From a virus (taxonomy: Duplodnaviria; Caudoviricetes), in IMG/VR virus record IMGVR_UViG_3300011242_000002, positions 128,001 to 192,000 of that record: a stretch of DNA of 64,000 nucleotides. One strand, given 5' to 3'. Shown here in pieces: positions 28,701 to 37,506 of this stretch. A program made the position numbers and the translations under genes. Under the pieces are notes generated by a model. It saw nothing but the letters and a program-made list of their open reading frames with translations. It had not been told where the DNA came from and ran no database searches. Positions within the stretch are counted from its first letter, which is position 1; each line of letters opens with the position of its first letter.

Positions 28701-29999
28701 TTAGGATGAGTAGTGTTTCATGGATAAAGCACGCAGGATAATGTACAGGAACAATCCAACGCGAACGGTCGCCACGGTGGCGGGGGTGCGAATGCCGGTG
28801 GCAATGCTGACCATATCATCGCCGATCTCACGCATGCGCAGCAGGCTTTCGTTGCTGGTGCGGCTTGAACGATAGGCGCCCTTCATTTTCGACACCACGT
28901 CCGGGACGTCGTTGAGTTTCAGGTTCTTTGACGACACGTATTCGAACAGGTGCTGAATGGTTTCCTTGAGCAGGCTGTCGATCATCCCCGACTTATCGTA
29001 GCGGTAGTTCGATGAGATATAACGCAGGGTGGCTTCCAAGGGTGCCGGCGGGATAGTGGGGTTGGATTTGGTGATAATCACCGCCAGTTCCGGACGATAC
29101 CAGTCTGACTCCACCCCGACGATGTTCTGTACGTAGCGCAGGTACACCGACACGATACGCTCCACGTCGCGGATGTGCTTCACGCCGTCAAGCTCTACCG
29201 AGGACGAGCCTTCGGTAATCATCGCCTCTTTCAGCTTCACCTGGTGAAAAACGTTGTTGATCGAGTTGATGACATCACGCAGGCGGTCCTGGACGTCACC
29301 CACCATATACACCACCGCTTTATCATCGGTCATGCGCACGTAGGTCTCGTAGTGGATCCCGCTGCCCTGTGTAATTATTGACTTTGCTCTGGCATCTATG
29401 AGGGCCTGCCAGCTACCGTATTGCTTCAGGTCAAATTTCTTTGACAGCTGACGGTAGGTTTCCATCGCCACCGACTTGTTGGCCGGGTACGGATAGTCGT
29501 GGCTGAGGATCGAAGACAGGTTCTTGTAGTGGAAGATCCTGACCACGTCCATCTTGCCCTGCTCAATCTCCGCGCTGTTAAGGTGTTTGGAGTGGTGCAG
29601 CAGGTGCAGCAGCACCGGCATGGACAGGTTAAACAAATCACCGGTAACGTGGAATTTCGGGTTCACGAAGGCGGTGTTGTGCACATCGTTGGTCAGATCA
29701 ACCTCGTCGGTGTCCAGGATGGTATCAAACCACTCGTTACGGTCAGCAATGGTGAACTTGATCGGATAAACGCCAATCAGGTTGCCGCCAAAGAAGCTGA
29801 TGTGATCCTGGTTCTTGTTGCGAAAGCGACTGGCGTACATCCCCAGCGCACGCACCAGGTTACGGTCGGCCACCAGGTGTGGGCAGTTCTTTAAGAACGC
29901 CTCTTTGATGGTCATGCCGTTACCGGGTTTAAAAGGTAGGGCTTCGAGTCCGGCTGACAGGTACTGTGCCTCGTCAGTGAACATAGTGTGATCAAACAT
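28701..29999 (-). CDS. Conserved phiKZ-like virion protein
   Basis: KNQDHISFFGGNLIG motif; N-terminal AGLE cleavage site; first gene of the paralog operon. Confidence 0.6.
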   Translation of the reverse strand: MFDHTMFTDEAQYLSAGLEALPFKPGNGMTIKEAFLKNCPHLVADRNLVRALGMYASRFRNKNQDHISFFGGNLIGVYPIKFTIADRNEWFDTILDTDEVDLTNDVHNTAFVNPKFHVTGDLFNLSMPVLLHLLHHSKHLNSAEIEQGKMDVVRIFHYKNLSSILSHDYPYPANKSVAMETYRQLSKKFDLKQYGSWQALIDARAKSIITQGSGIHYETYVRMTDDKAVVYMVGDVQDRLRDVINSINNVFHQVKLKEAMITEGSSSVELDGVKHIRDVERIVSVYLRYVQNIVGVESDWYRPELAVIITKSNPTIPPAPLEATLRYISSNYRYDKSGMIDSLLKETIQHLFEYVSSKNLKLNDVPDVVSKMKGAYRSSRTSNESLLRMREIGDDMVSIATGIRTPATVATVRVGLFLYIILRALSMKHYSS

Positions 30000-30032
30000 A
30001 GCGGGCCTCTAGTAATGAAAGGGATCTCGGAC

Positions 30033-30050
30033 CTATATCATCAATGTGAA
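30033..30050 (+). promoter_or_regulatory. Early promoter variant (CTATATCAT-N4-GTG)
   Basis: Matches the extended motif seen at four other sites; heads the 30.1-34.5 kb cluster. Confidence 0.5.
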
Positions 30051-30097
30051 TTAATTCCTCTATTTAACCATCAACCTTAACCTGTAAGGAAAATTAC

Positions 30098-30967
30098 ATG
30101 CAACTTATCGCCATGGGTCAATTTGAAAAGATGATCCGCTACGACGCGCAGCTGCGCAACTTCGGTAACTTTTCGGTCTACACTCACCCTACCGCACACG
30201 ACGACTCGCTGGCCGTGGTCTACATTGATGTCCGGTCAGATCGGGCCACGCTGCTGAACGTCACGCGCTTAAACGTAAATCCGCTGGCCTGGGAATTGCA
30301 GGTGCTGGACAGCCTGCTGCGGATCTATCAGGAGCGCACCGGTAAGAGCTTCCATAACGGGCTTCTCGCCATCACTGCACGTTCGGAACGTTACACCGCG
30401 GAATTCACCAAGGAGTTGAGCGCAACGCCGCTGAAGGCGTTAGAGCGCGTTCTAGAGGACCCTATGGGCTGCGACCACGAATACCACAGCTACACGGCAC
30501 CGCAGGCAATGCGGATGGCTACCGACCTCAGCTTGAGCGAGACCGCAGCGTGGATTCAGAAAAACAACGGCACGGTGCGCAGCTACATTAGCTTTGAAAA
30601 CGACGGCCAGCAGTTTACCGTCCTCGGGCGACAGTTTCGTGAGGAGTCCTTCCTGATGTTAACCTCGTATAACCCCGTGAAGCAGATGGCCTATTTTGAC
30701 GGTATGGTCAGTGGGGCGTCGGTTCATCAGCGGGTGGCGCTAAACCCAGCCAGCTTCCAGGGTGATCGGCTGTTTGTCGAACACATGGAGGGTAAGAACA
30801 TCGTGGGTGAATATGGCACTATGTGGCGCATTCGTCACCTCGGGTACAACGAGGATGAAGACGGGGATGGTTTCCTGCGGGGTCCACACGTGTCTGGTTT
30901 TGGCAGTCAACTGATTCCCAGCCAGCACGAGCATGACTTCGTCGAAAACCGGATCATCATTCTTTAA
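30098..30967 (+). CDS. Hypothetical protein
   Basis: TAAGGA RBS; 289 aa. Confidence 0.75.
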   Translation: MQLIAMGQFEKMIRYDAQLRNFGNFSVYTHPTAHDDSLAVVYIDVRSDRATLLNVTRLNVNPLAWELQVLDSLLRIYQERTGKSFHNGLLAITARSERYTAEFTKELSATPLKALERVLEDPMGCDHEYHSYTAPQAMRMATDLSLSETAAWIQKNNGTVRSYISFENDGQQFTVLGRQFREESFLMLTSYNPVKQMAYFDGMVSGASVHQRVALNPASFQGDRLFVEHMEGKNIVGEYGTMWRIRHLGYNEDEDGDGFLRGPHVSGFGSQLIPSQHEHDFVENRIIIL

Positions 30968-30984
30968 TAACAACAGGAGCAGGT

Positions 30985-31584
30985 ATGTTTAGATGGTGGA
31001 GCGCGTTATTGACCCGATTACGGGGCGGGTCACCGACCAAGCAAAAGGTGGTCTTTAACGAGCGCGAGCGCATCGACCCGGTGATTCAACTCGTTGACGA
31101 ATCGTTTATCGTGGGCGAAGTGCGCGTAGTTGACCAGATCGTGCAGCGTCGCACACAGCATGCTTGGGAACCCGTGTGTTATCTGCCAAAACAAGAGGAG
31201 GTCAAGCGGACAGAAGATCTTCCTGCGTTGGCACCCTTTGGTTGGCGCTATGTGGTCGACGGCGTCGACTGGACGTTTGATGGGATGGTGTGGGTTACTA
31301 ACCGAGTATGGTACGATAAGCCCACCATGTTTACGAGACCCTTCTCTGTTACGCCGGTACCCGGTCGTGCTCACGTCAGGTCTACGCCGGTCACCACCAA
31401 CCCACAACCGACGGATAACGGTATCATGACGACGGCAATGATTGCCAGCATGGCAAGTGATGATTCCTCACCCACTCGGAACCACAGCTCATCGCACCAT
31501 GGCTCCGATGACAGCTGTCGGAACCACGACAGTAATGATTCCGGTTACAGCTCGTCTGATTTCGGTTCTTCATTCTGTGACTAA
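30985..31584 (+). CDS. Hypothetical protein with a Ser/Asp-rich C-terminal tail
   Basis: AGGAG RBS; SDDSS...SSSDFGSSFCD tail. Confidence 0.7.
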   Translation: MFRWWSALLTRLRGGSPTKQKVVFNERERIDPVIQLVDESFIVGEVRVVDQIVQRRTQHAWEPVCYLPKQEEVKRTEDLPALAPFGWRYVVDGVDWTFDGMVWVTNRVWYDKPTMFTRPFSVTPVPGRAHVRSTPVTTNPQPTDNGIMTTAMIASMASDDSSPTRNHSSSHHGSDDSCRNHDSNDSGYSSSDFGSSFCD

Positions 31585-31643
31585 CAAATCCTGTGACGTC
31601 AGTTTTGTCCCCTAACCGAATCAACCTGCAAGGAATTTACATC

Positions 31644-31919
31644 ATGACAACCTCACCACGCCAAGACCGTTTCACCAAAGGCCTGCATGCCTCCAAAGTT
31701 TACAGCTTCTTACAGAAAGGCGGTAAAGCCAAACTGGGGAAAGCCGTAAATGACCATCACATCGAATTTGGTGGTGATCTGGAGCAAGCACCCGGTGAGT
31801 ACGTGGTCGCTGTCCCGCGTGAAGGCGTTTGTCAAGCGTATTGGTACGCCACCGCCCTGGATCTGCTGCAAGAGCAGGGTACATTGAAAATTGATGGGAC
31901 GACTGTCTCACTCGCTTAA
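31644..31919 (+). CDS. Hypothetical protein
   Basis: AAGGA RBS before ATG 31644. Confidence 0.7.
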   Translation: MTTSPRQDRFTKGLHASKVYSFLQKGGKAKLGKAVNDHHIEFGGDLEQAPGEYVVAVPREGVCQAYWYATALDLLQEQGTLKIDGTTVSLA

Positions 31920-31930
31920 CGGGTATATAC

Positions 31931-32488
31931 ATGTCTGATATTCTCACCATTACGGAACTGCACCAGATCAACTCTCCCAGCGATATTATCAACGGGCCTG
32001 AGTGGGTGCGTTACCACACGAGCCATACCCAGTATGGTTTTATGTATGCCGGGACGGGCTTTGACTTTGGTAACTGGCTGGTGCGGTTGTCAAACGGCGA
32101 GATCTACGTTTACACCGATGCCTTCCTGAAGATGTTTGCCGCGTCGCTGCCGGCCTTTAAGGCGGCGGGTTTGATTGCTGATGATCTCGACAACCCGCAA
32201 GGGCTGGCGCGCTTTACCACCGCCTTCACGGAAGACACCGTGCTGATCTACGTTAAGCCTGATTTTGACGACGGTAACGACAGTGGTGAGATCGTGGTGC
32301 TGGAGCGCGCACCGCACCGTGATCCGCTTACCAACATCATTGATCCACATCGCACCTGGGTAATCCTTGCCAGCGAGTACTTAAGCGGGCAGGTGGTAGA
32401 AGGCGCGCGCTTGAGCGTGTTTACCGATCTGTTAAAAGCAGCCCGTATCGACTACCGCTTAGGCAGCCGGGGCCCCGAAACCGTGTAA
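31931..32488 (+). CDS. Hypothetical protein
   Basis: Operonic spacing; followed by a hairpin and TTATGCC. Confidence 0.7.
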   Translation: MSDILTITELHQINSPSDIINGPEWVRYHTSHTQYGFMYAGTGFDFGNWLVRLSNGEIYVYTDAFLKMFAASLPAFKAAGLIADDLDNPQGLARFTTAFTEDTVLIYVKPDFDDGNDSGEIVVLERAPHRDPLTNIIDPHRTWVILASEYLSGQVVEGARLSVFTDLLKAARIDYRLGSRGPETV

Positions 32489-32555
32489 CTATCCGACCTG
32501 GGGGTAACCTCAGGTCTTTATGCCAATCTATCCTTAACTTTAACGAGAGACTTGT

Positions 32556-32804
32556 ATGGAAAAAATATTAGAGATTGTGCAGATCGGTGCACTTAGCCAG
32601 CGCTATGACCTTCCTGAATGGGCAAGGAATGCAATCACCGTTCTTGGCGGACCGGGTTTTGTTGTGCGTGATCAGCAGTTCCACTGGTATGACTACGTGG
32701 TCAGAACCGAGTTCTACGGTGTGAAGGGGATGAAACGTGAAGACGTTAACATCATGGCCCACAACGGCAACGTGATCAACGCCATTGAAAGGAGCTGCAC
32801 ATGA
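32556..32804 (+). CDS. Hypothetical protein
   Basis: 82 aa; ATGA overlap with the next gene. Confidence 0.6.
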   Translation: MEKILEIVQIGALSQRYDLPEWARNAITVLGGPGFVVRDQQFHWYDYVVRTEFYGVKGMKREDVNIMAHNGNVINAIERSCT

Positions 32805-33214
32805 GCATCCGTGACCCACTGGCGTGGCTGCGTGAACACCAACCCGGTGATCTGTATCCAGAGATCACGTTGATTATTACCCATGGGGTGCACGACCACC
32901 GCATGAGTCGTAAACGGGTCAATACTTTTACCAAGAAAATGGTCCATGGGTATAACGCGGTGATCGACTGGTTGGAAAAGTCCCCGGTCTATGTTTGGCC
33001 GTATGCCGAGATCACCCTCCCCACTGCAGATAATCCGGGGGTGACGCTCAAAGTCGCCATTGACTGTGCAGCGGTGGCTGCCTTGCGCGTCGATGGAGAT
33101 GACACGTCAACCTATTATCACCTCGCTATTAAAGTGGCCGAAACATTGGAGGCGCTGGCTGCTCACGTAAACGCACAGACTCAAACCTGTATCTTCATTA
33201 ACGGCGCCAAATAA
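32801..33214 (+). CDS. Hypothetical protein
   Basis: AAGGAG RBS; ATGA overlap. Confidence 0.7.
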   Translation: MSIRDPLAWLREHQPGDLYPEITLIITHGVHDHRMSRKRVNTFTKKMVHGYNAVIDWLEKSPVYVWPYAEITLPTADNPGVTLKVAIDCAAVAALRVDGDDTSTYYHLAIKVAETLEALAAHVNAQTQTCIFINGAK

Positions 33215-33223
33215 GGAACCCGT

Positions 33224-33754
33224 ATGAAAACCTACGCACAAGATCCGATCGATTACATCCGTGACTTCCGCTTCGCCATTTACCAACCCAACCCGGGTTC
33301 GTCGAAAGGCCCGAACCGCAAAGAGCAGGACCTGCTTATTCGCCTGACCGACGTGACGGGTAGCGGGGCTACCGAGGTGGCGATTCCGCACGCCAACTAC
33401 ACGGTCGTGAAGCATGTCGCTGCCTGGCTGGAAAAACAGGCCTTCTATGTATTCCCGCTGGCGGAGGTGATTACCGGTGAAACCCACACCTGGATCAATC
33501 TGCAGGTAGCCGGGACGGATATCCAATTCGGTTCCGTTAAAGCCCAGCTGGAGGCGCTGCTCGGACACGTTGCACCAGTGACCCAGCGGATTGCTGATGG
33601 TTGTGTCAAGATTATTCCCTCACGTGCGGAGCGTGAAGCAATGAGCCAGCCGGGGTACAGTCAACCTGGTACGTTGGGGCGACAAGACAGTCGTGCGCCA
33701 CAAAACTGGAACAAAGGTGGCAACAACGGTTCCGGCGGTAATAGCAACTGGTAA
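33224..33754 (+). CDS. Hypothetical protein with a G/N-rich tail
   Basis: TAAGGA RBS; its AWLEKQAFYVFPLAEVI resembles DWLEKSPVYVWPYAEIT of the upstream gene. Confidence 0.7.
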   Translation: MKTYAQDPIDYIRDFRFAIYQPNPGSSKGPNRKEQDLLIRLTDVTGSGATEVAIPHANYTVVKHVAAWLEKQAFYVFPLAEVITGETHTWINLQVAGTDIQFGSVKAQLEALLGHVAPVTQRIADGCVKIIPSRAEREAMSQPGYSQPGTLGRQDSRAPQNWNKGGNNGSGGNSNW

Positions 33755-33784
33755 TATCAACCTAACCATAGCGAGGGATTCCCT

Positions 33785-34537
33785 ATGAAAAGCAATGAAC
33801 AATTTGCACGTAAATGCCTTTCCAACTTACCGCGGTTACGGGGTCGTAATTTCCGTATCGTCCTGGTTGCTAAACGCACCGTACGTCCGATGTATATCAA
33901 ATCTTCGTCTGAAGAGCAGCTGATTGCGTTCTTTAATCTGTTCCAAAGCTTCATGATCGACAACGATTTGTTGGCTACACCGACGATGGGGGAAGAGGAT
34001 GATCTGTTCGTTACCTTCGCTCCGTTCCAGTTCCACGTGGGTAACTACGCGCATGCCGCACCGGTTGACTTCCTGGAAGCGATCGTTAGCGAGTTCTACT
34101 TCCACTCGGTAGTGGGTGAGAATGCGTATGCTAACACCGTTAAATCAGCTAATGTAGATCTTGATGAAGAGATCACGCGCCGTCTGCAGGTCCCTCTTCT
34201 CGAGTTACGTCGGGGTGGCGTGATTCCAATGCAGGTTCGTCGTTACATCCCTGGACCAAGGGGATTTAACAAGAATAGCAAATATCACACTACGAGCTGG
34301 GCGAGCTGGGGTAGAGAAACGGCGGGTGAAACCACACTGATGGATTTGGAGAAAGAGCCTCATCTGGTAGTGGTAGTCAAGCCTTGGGCTGCGAAGAACG
34401 ATCCTAAACATGGTCGCGATGATCTGAGATATGCATTAAGCATTCCAGAATTCCTGGCTTACGCTGAACGTAAGAATCTGTCAACCGGCCCTGTCAGTTG
34501 GGAAGGTGATTTTACAATCAGTCGTATAAAGGACTAA
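33785..34537 (+). CDS. Hypothetical protein
   Basis: GAGGGA RBS; 250 aa; terminator follows. Confidence 0.7.
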   Translation: MKSNEQFARKCLSNLPRLRGRNFRIVLVAKRTVRPMYIKSSSEEQLIAFFNLFQSFMIDNDLLATPTMGEEDDLFVTFAPFQFHVGNYAHAAPVDFLEAIVSEFYFHSVVGENAYANTVKSANVDLDEEITRRLQVPLLELRRGGVIPMQVRRYIPGPRGFNKNSKYHTTSWASWGRETAGETTLMDLEKEPHLVVVVKPWAAKNDPKHGRDDLRYALSIPEFLAYAERKNLSTGPVSWEGDFTISRIKD

Positions 34538-34540
34538 GAT

Positions 34541-34582
34541 CGGCATAAGAGGAAGGGTTAACGCCCCTCCTCTTTTTTTTTT
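34541..34582 (+). terminator. Intrinsic terminator preceded by CGGCATAA
   Basis: AGAGGA.GGG...CCC.TCCTCT stem followed by a long T run. Confidence 0.8.
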
Positions 34583-34583
34583 G

Positions 34584-34614
34584 CCGGCCAAACAAGGTCG
34601 TTCTTCGAACGACA
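34584..34614 (+). repeat. 31-bp dispersed repeat, copy 1
   Basis: CCGGCCAAACAAGGTCGTTCTTCGAACGACA; one mismatch to 44742-44772; contains the hairpin GTCGTTC-TTC-GAACGAC. Confidence 0.9.
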
Positions 34615-34694
34615 AAGATAATTCTAATGAGCTAGTATTACGCTACTTATCTGCTTACTTTTATAGCAAGGTTTGGAACCCTTGCCCCGAGCGT

Positions 34695-34770
34695 ATATTC
34701 GATCGAGTGAATGACAGGAATGAATCTGAACGAAGTGAAGATGAATGAATGGCATGAATGAGGAGAATAG
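34695..34770 (+). other. Putative ssDNA hairpin with tandem sheared G.A pairs and a GAA triloop
   Basis: GA-AT-GA-ATCT-GA-AC[GAA]GT-GA-AGAT-GA-AT-GA symmetry centred on 34733. Confidence 0.55.
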
Positions 34771-34912
34771 AAGAGCGAGTGAGGAATGAGTCTCTGACGA
34801 ATGACATCTCCAGATACTACTAGGGAAGTGGGGGACCGGGGGCAGTGGTTGGGAATATTCTTTTATGCTGGTTAAATCGTATAGATCATCCTTACACTTA
34901 ACCGGTGAACTT

Positions 34913-35062
34913 ATGCAGGAAATACTTTTATTCAGTAACGGCGTAACCGTATTACCGCCTGTCAGGATCGTTTCAACTCGACTTCATTATATTGCTGCTC
35001 AATTCAGACCCTTTAGAATTGCCAGTGCTCGCTTATATTACATTACACCTAACGGGGGTTAA
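34913..35062 (+). CDS. Small protein of tandem module 1 (49 aa, MQEILL...)
   Basis: Paralog of 36147-36305; internal repeat VSTRLHYI/ASARLYYI. Confidence 0.7.
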   Translation: MQEILLFSNGVTVLPPVRIVSTRLHYIAAQFRPFRIASARLYYITPNGG

Positions 35063-35063
35063 C

Positions 35064-36122
35064 ATGGCATTAGTGTGGGCGTGGACCCCAGATCATCTTT
35101 ACCAAAGTGCGTGGTGGGGCGGTGATGCTGCCGCCAACCTTAATCAACTATACCCACGCGCTAATAACGTAACCGACAGTAGCTGGATGTTGTTTGATGC
35201 AATCAGCACGCTGCGGTTATCGTACAACACCGTCTTAGGCCGTAACGTACTGCGGTTTAGTTCAGGTGCGACCCAAGCTACAGCCTGCATGCAGATTAAA
35301 CCTCGTACCTTTGGTTATACGAAAGGAAAGCTATGGATTTGCCTGCGTATGCTAACCAACACCGTGGCTAACTCAACCACCAACACGATGTTACAGATAA
35401 AGACAACGGACGATGGTGCATGGGTTAACCTGTATCGGGCGAAGGCCTCGTCACAGTACATGGTAGAGCTGGAGTGTAACTTCGACACTAACAAGTTAAA
35501 CGTGTGGATTAACGGACAGTTATCGGCAAGTGACTGCAGCCTATCAGGGGTGAACGTGGGGTCGTTCTCCAATGCTGCTGGTGTGTCTGTTATAGGCGGA
35601 AATACTTACGGTAACGCTATTGGCTTTACTGATTTCTATATGGCCTATGACGCACCTGACGACCCTAACCCAACAGGGCGGCTAGGTGATATTAAGATTG
35701 AATCGCTGCAGGTAGCGTCCGTGCTGAATGCGCCGGGGTATACCTACAGCGTTGATGGTAGCACCGGTGAGAGCGCACTTAAACCCGTGCTGAACCAGAC
35801 CCTAAGTAACCCCACCACCCTGATACCGGCCGTTGTCTCTCCTAACAGTGAGACCGCCATGGACCTGACCTTTACGCCACCGCCTGACAATACGATCATC
35901 CTTGGGGTGATCGCCAGTGTAATGGTGAACGCCCTAGAGACATCACAAACAGGATTGTCTATCACCTACAACGATAACAAGTCTGCAATACATAACAACC
36001 TTAACAACACGGTTAACCGTAGTGTGGTACTGCCCATCGATAAGCCCAGCAGTGGTGGGGTGTGGACAACGGCCGAAATTGGTAGTGCAGTTATTTCCAT
36101 TAAACCAATCAAAGCCTTTTGA
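35064..36122 (+). CDS. Beta-rich putative virion/tail accessory protein, module 1
   Basis: ATG 35064; shares W.PDH, LGRN.LR, G.TD.Y.A, RLG and PIDKP..W..AE.G with 36305-37348. Confidence 0.7.
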   Translation: MALVWAWTPDHLYQSAWWGGDAAANLNQLYPRANNVTDSSWMLFDAISTLRLSYNTVLGRNVLRFSSGATQATACMQIKPRTFGYTKGKLWICLRMLTNTVANSTTNTMLQIKTTDDGAWVNLYRAKASSQYMVELECNFDTNKLNVWINGQLSASDCSLSGVNVGSFSNAAGVSVIGGNTYGNAIGFTDFYMAYDAPDDPNPTGRLGDIKIESLQVASVLNAPGYTYSVDGSTGESALKPVLNQTLSNPTTLIPAVVSPNSETAMDLTFTPPPDNTIILGVIASVMVNALETSQTGLSITYNDNKSAIHNNLNNTVNRSVVLPIDKPSSGGVWTTAEIGSAVISIKPIKAF

Positions 36123-36146
36123 CCTACTTTAGATGAGGAGACCTGT

Positions 36147-36305
36147 ATGCAGGAAATTCTGTTAATGGGGAATAGTGAAAGGCCCCAGGATGAAAACAAG
36201 ATCAAACTGATCTCCACCCAGTTGCTGTATGCGGTGCAAGACAAGGACCCGGTACAGTTCATTAGCGTGCAATTACTGTATGCTGTACGAGAGGAAAACA
36301 TCTAA
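36147..36305 (+). CDS. Small protein of tandem module 2 (52 aa, MQEILLMG...), not in the ORF track
   Basis: GAGGAG RBS; TAATG coupling; internal repeat ISTQLLYAV/ISVQLLYAV. Confidence 0.75.
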   Translation: MQEILLMGNSERPQDENKIKLISTQLLYAVQDKDPVQFISVQLLYAVREENI

Positions 36306-37348
36306 TGCGCATTATCGGCTTATGGAACCCGGATCACCACACTGGGGTGGTTAGTAACAACTCGACGTTCACGCCCAACACCTCAGCATTGTACATTAAC
36401 GACACGGTACCCACTAACCTCTTAAGCGCGACGGTCAGTAATGGAAAACCCTCTAACTGGGCGTGGTATGTCATGCAGGCCCTCGGACGTAACTGGTTGC
36501 GCATTCTCCCCACTGTCAGTTCCAACCCCCCTATCACCTACTATACGCTGTGTCCGGCGTTAAACGCCAGCCAGTATACCGAGCTGCGGGCACAGGGCGT
36601 GAAGCGGGTCTATTATGGGCTACGGGTTTACGCGATGTCGGTGAAGGCGGGCGCTTACCTAATCGTCGTGAGCGGTTCCCAATATTTCCCTATCACTACC
36701 GGTAACGTTTACTTTGTTGAGGCAGTCATCAACCTCGAGGACAATACCCGCACAATTTACGTCAATGGCGCAGTGGTCCCCATCCCTGTAGTGAACGATT
36801 TGGTGGCAGTCGGCAACTACAACAGCTCCATGCTCTCGGGATCAAGCCACAGTTTTGGTGTTACCGATTACTATTTTGCAGCCAGTGAGGCCAGCGATAC
36901 GGTGTTACCGGCACGCTTGGGGAAGATGACAGTGGGCACAGCCCTGCCGGTCAGCACCAGCAACGACAGCAAATTTAAAGCCGTAGGTCGATTTAACATC
37001 GTTGACACTTTGGCACTTGCACGGGCTATCCAGGCACCCAACTACCTTTCTGACTACGTGGAGTCGGACTCTAACGGCAGCAAAATGGATGTGATGTTTG
37101 CAGCCCCGACGGCAGGTAACGAAATCTTTGGCGTCACCTTACGGGTGGCGGGGATGAAGGATCCGGCGGCACAGGCCTTTGCTCGCGTGGATTACGGCAG
37201 CGGGATGAAGAACGTCAGTATCCCGAATACCGACAGCACCCTAACGCCTTACTATCATCCTTTCCCGATTGACAAACCCACCAACGGCTGGAGCGAAGCC
37301 GAGCTGGGTAAGATCACCGTTAAGCTCTGGAGTGAACGTACTGTGTAA
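36305..37348 (+). CDS. Beta-rich putative virion/tail accessory protein, module 2
   Basis: Paralog of 35064-36122. Confidence 0.7.
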   Translation: MRIIGLWNPDHHTGVVSNNSTFTPNTSALYINDTVPTNLLSATVSNGKPSNWAWYVMQALGRNWLRILPTVSSNPPITYYTLCPALNASQYTELRAQGVKRVYYGLRVYAMSVKAGAYLIVVSGSQYFPITTGNVYFVEAVINLEDNTRTIYVNGAVVPIPVVNDLVAVGNYNSSMLSGSSHSFGVTDYYFAASEASDTVLPARLGKMTVGTALPVSTSNDSKFKAVGRFNIVDTLALARAIQAPNYLSDYVESDSNGSKMDVMFAAPTAGNEIFGVTLRVAGMKDPAAQAFARVDYGSGMKNVSIPNTDSTLTPYYHPFPIDKPTNGWSEAELGKITVKLWSERTV

Positions 37349-37351
37349 CCT

Positions 37352-37395
37352 GGGTTCCTCTTCTCTTCGGGGGAGAGGAACCTGCCTTTATGCCG
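37352..37395 (+). terminator. Terminator with TTATGCCG
   Basis: GGTTCCTCT.CTC-TTCG-GGGAGAGGAACC hairpin. Confidence 0.75.
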
Positions 37396-37506
37396 GCCAG
37401 ATACTATGAATTACGAAGATAACGGTAATAAACAATGATGGCAGAACGAGTGGGTTTATGGTTTTTTCGTTAAACCCATAACAGAAACACCGCAGATAAA
37501 GGCAAC

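Noticed and set aside
34705-34800. CRISPR array or simple tandem repeat (GAATGA units)
   Set aside because: No repeat-spacer periodicity; better explained as a G.A-paired hairpin.
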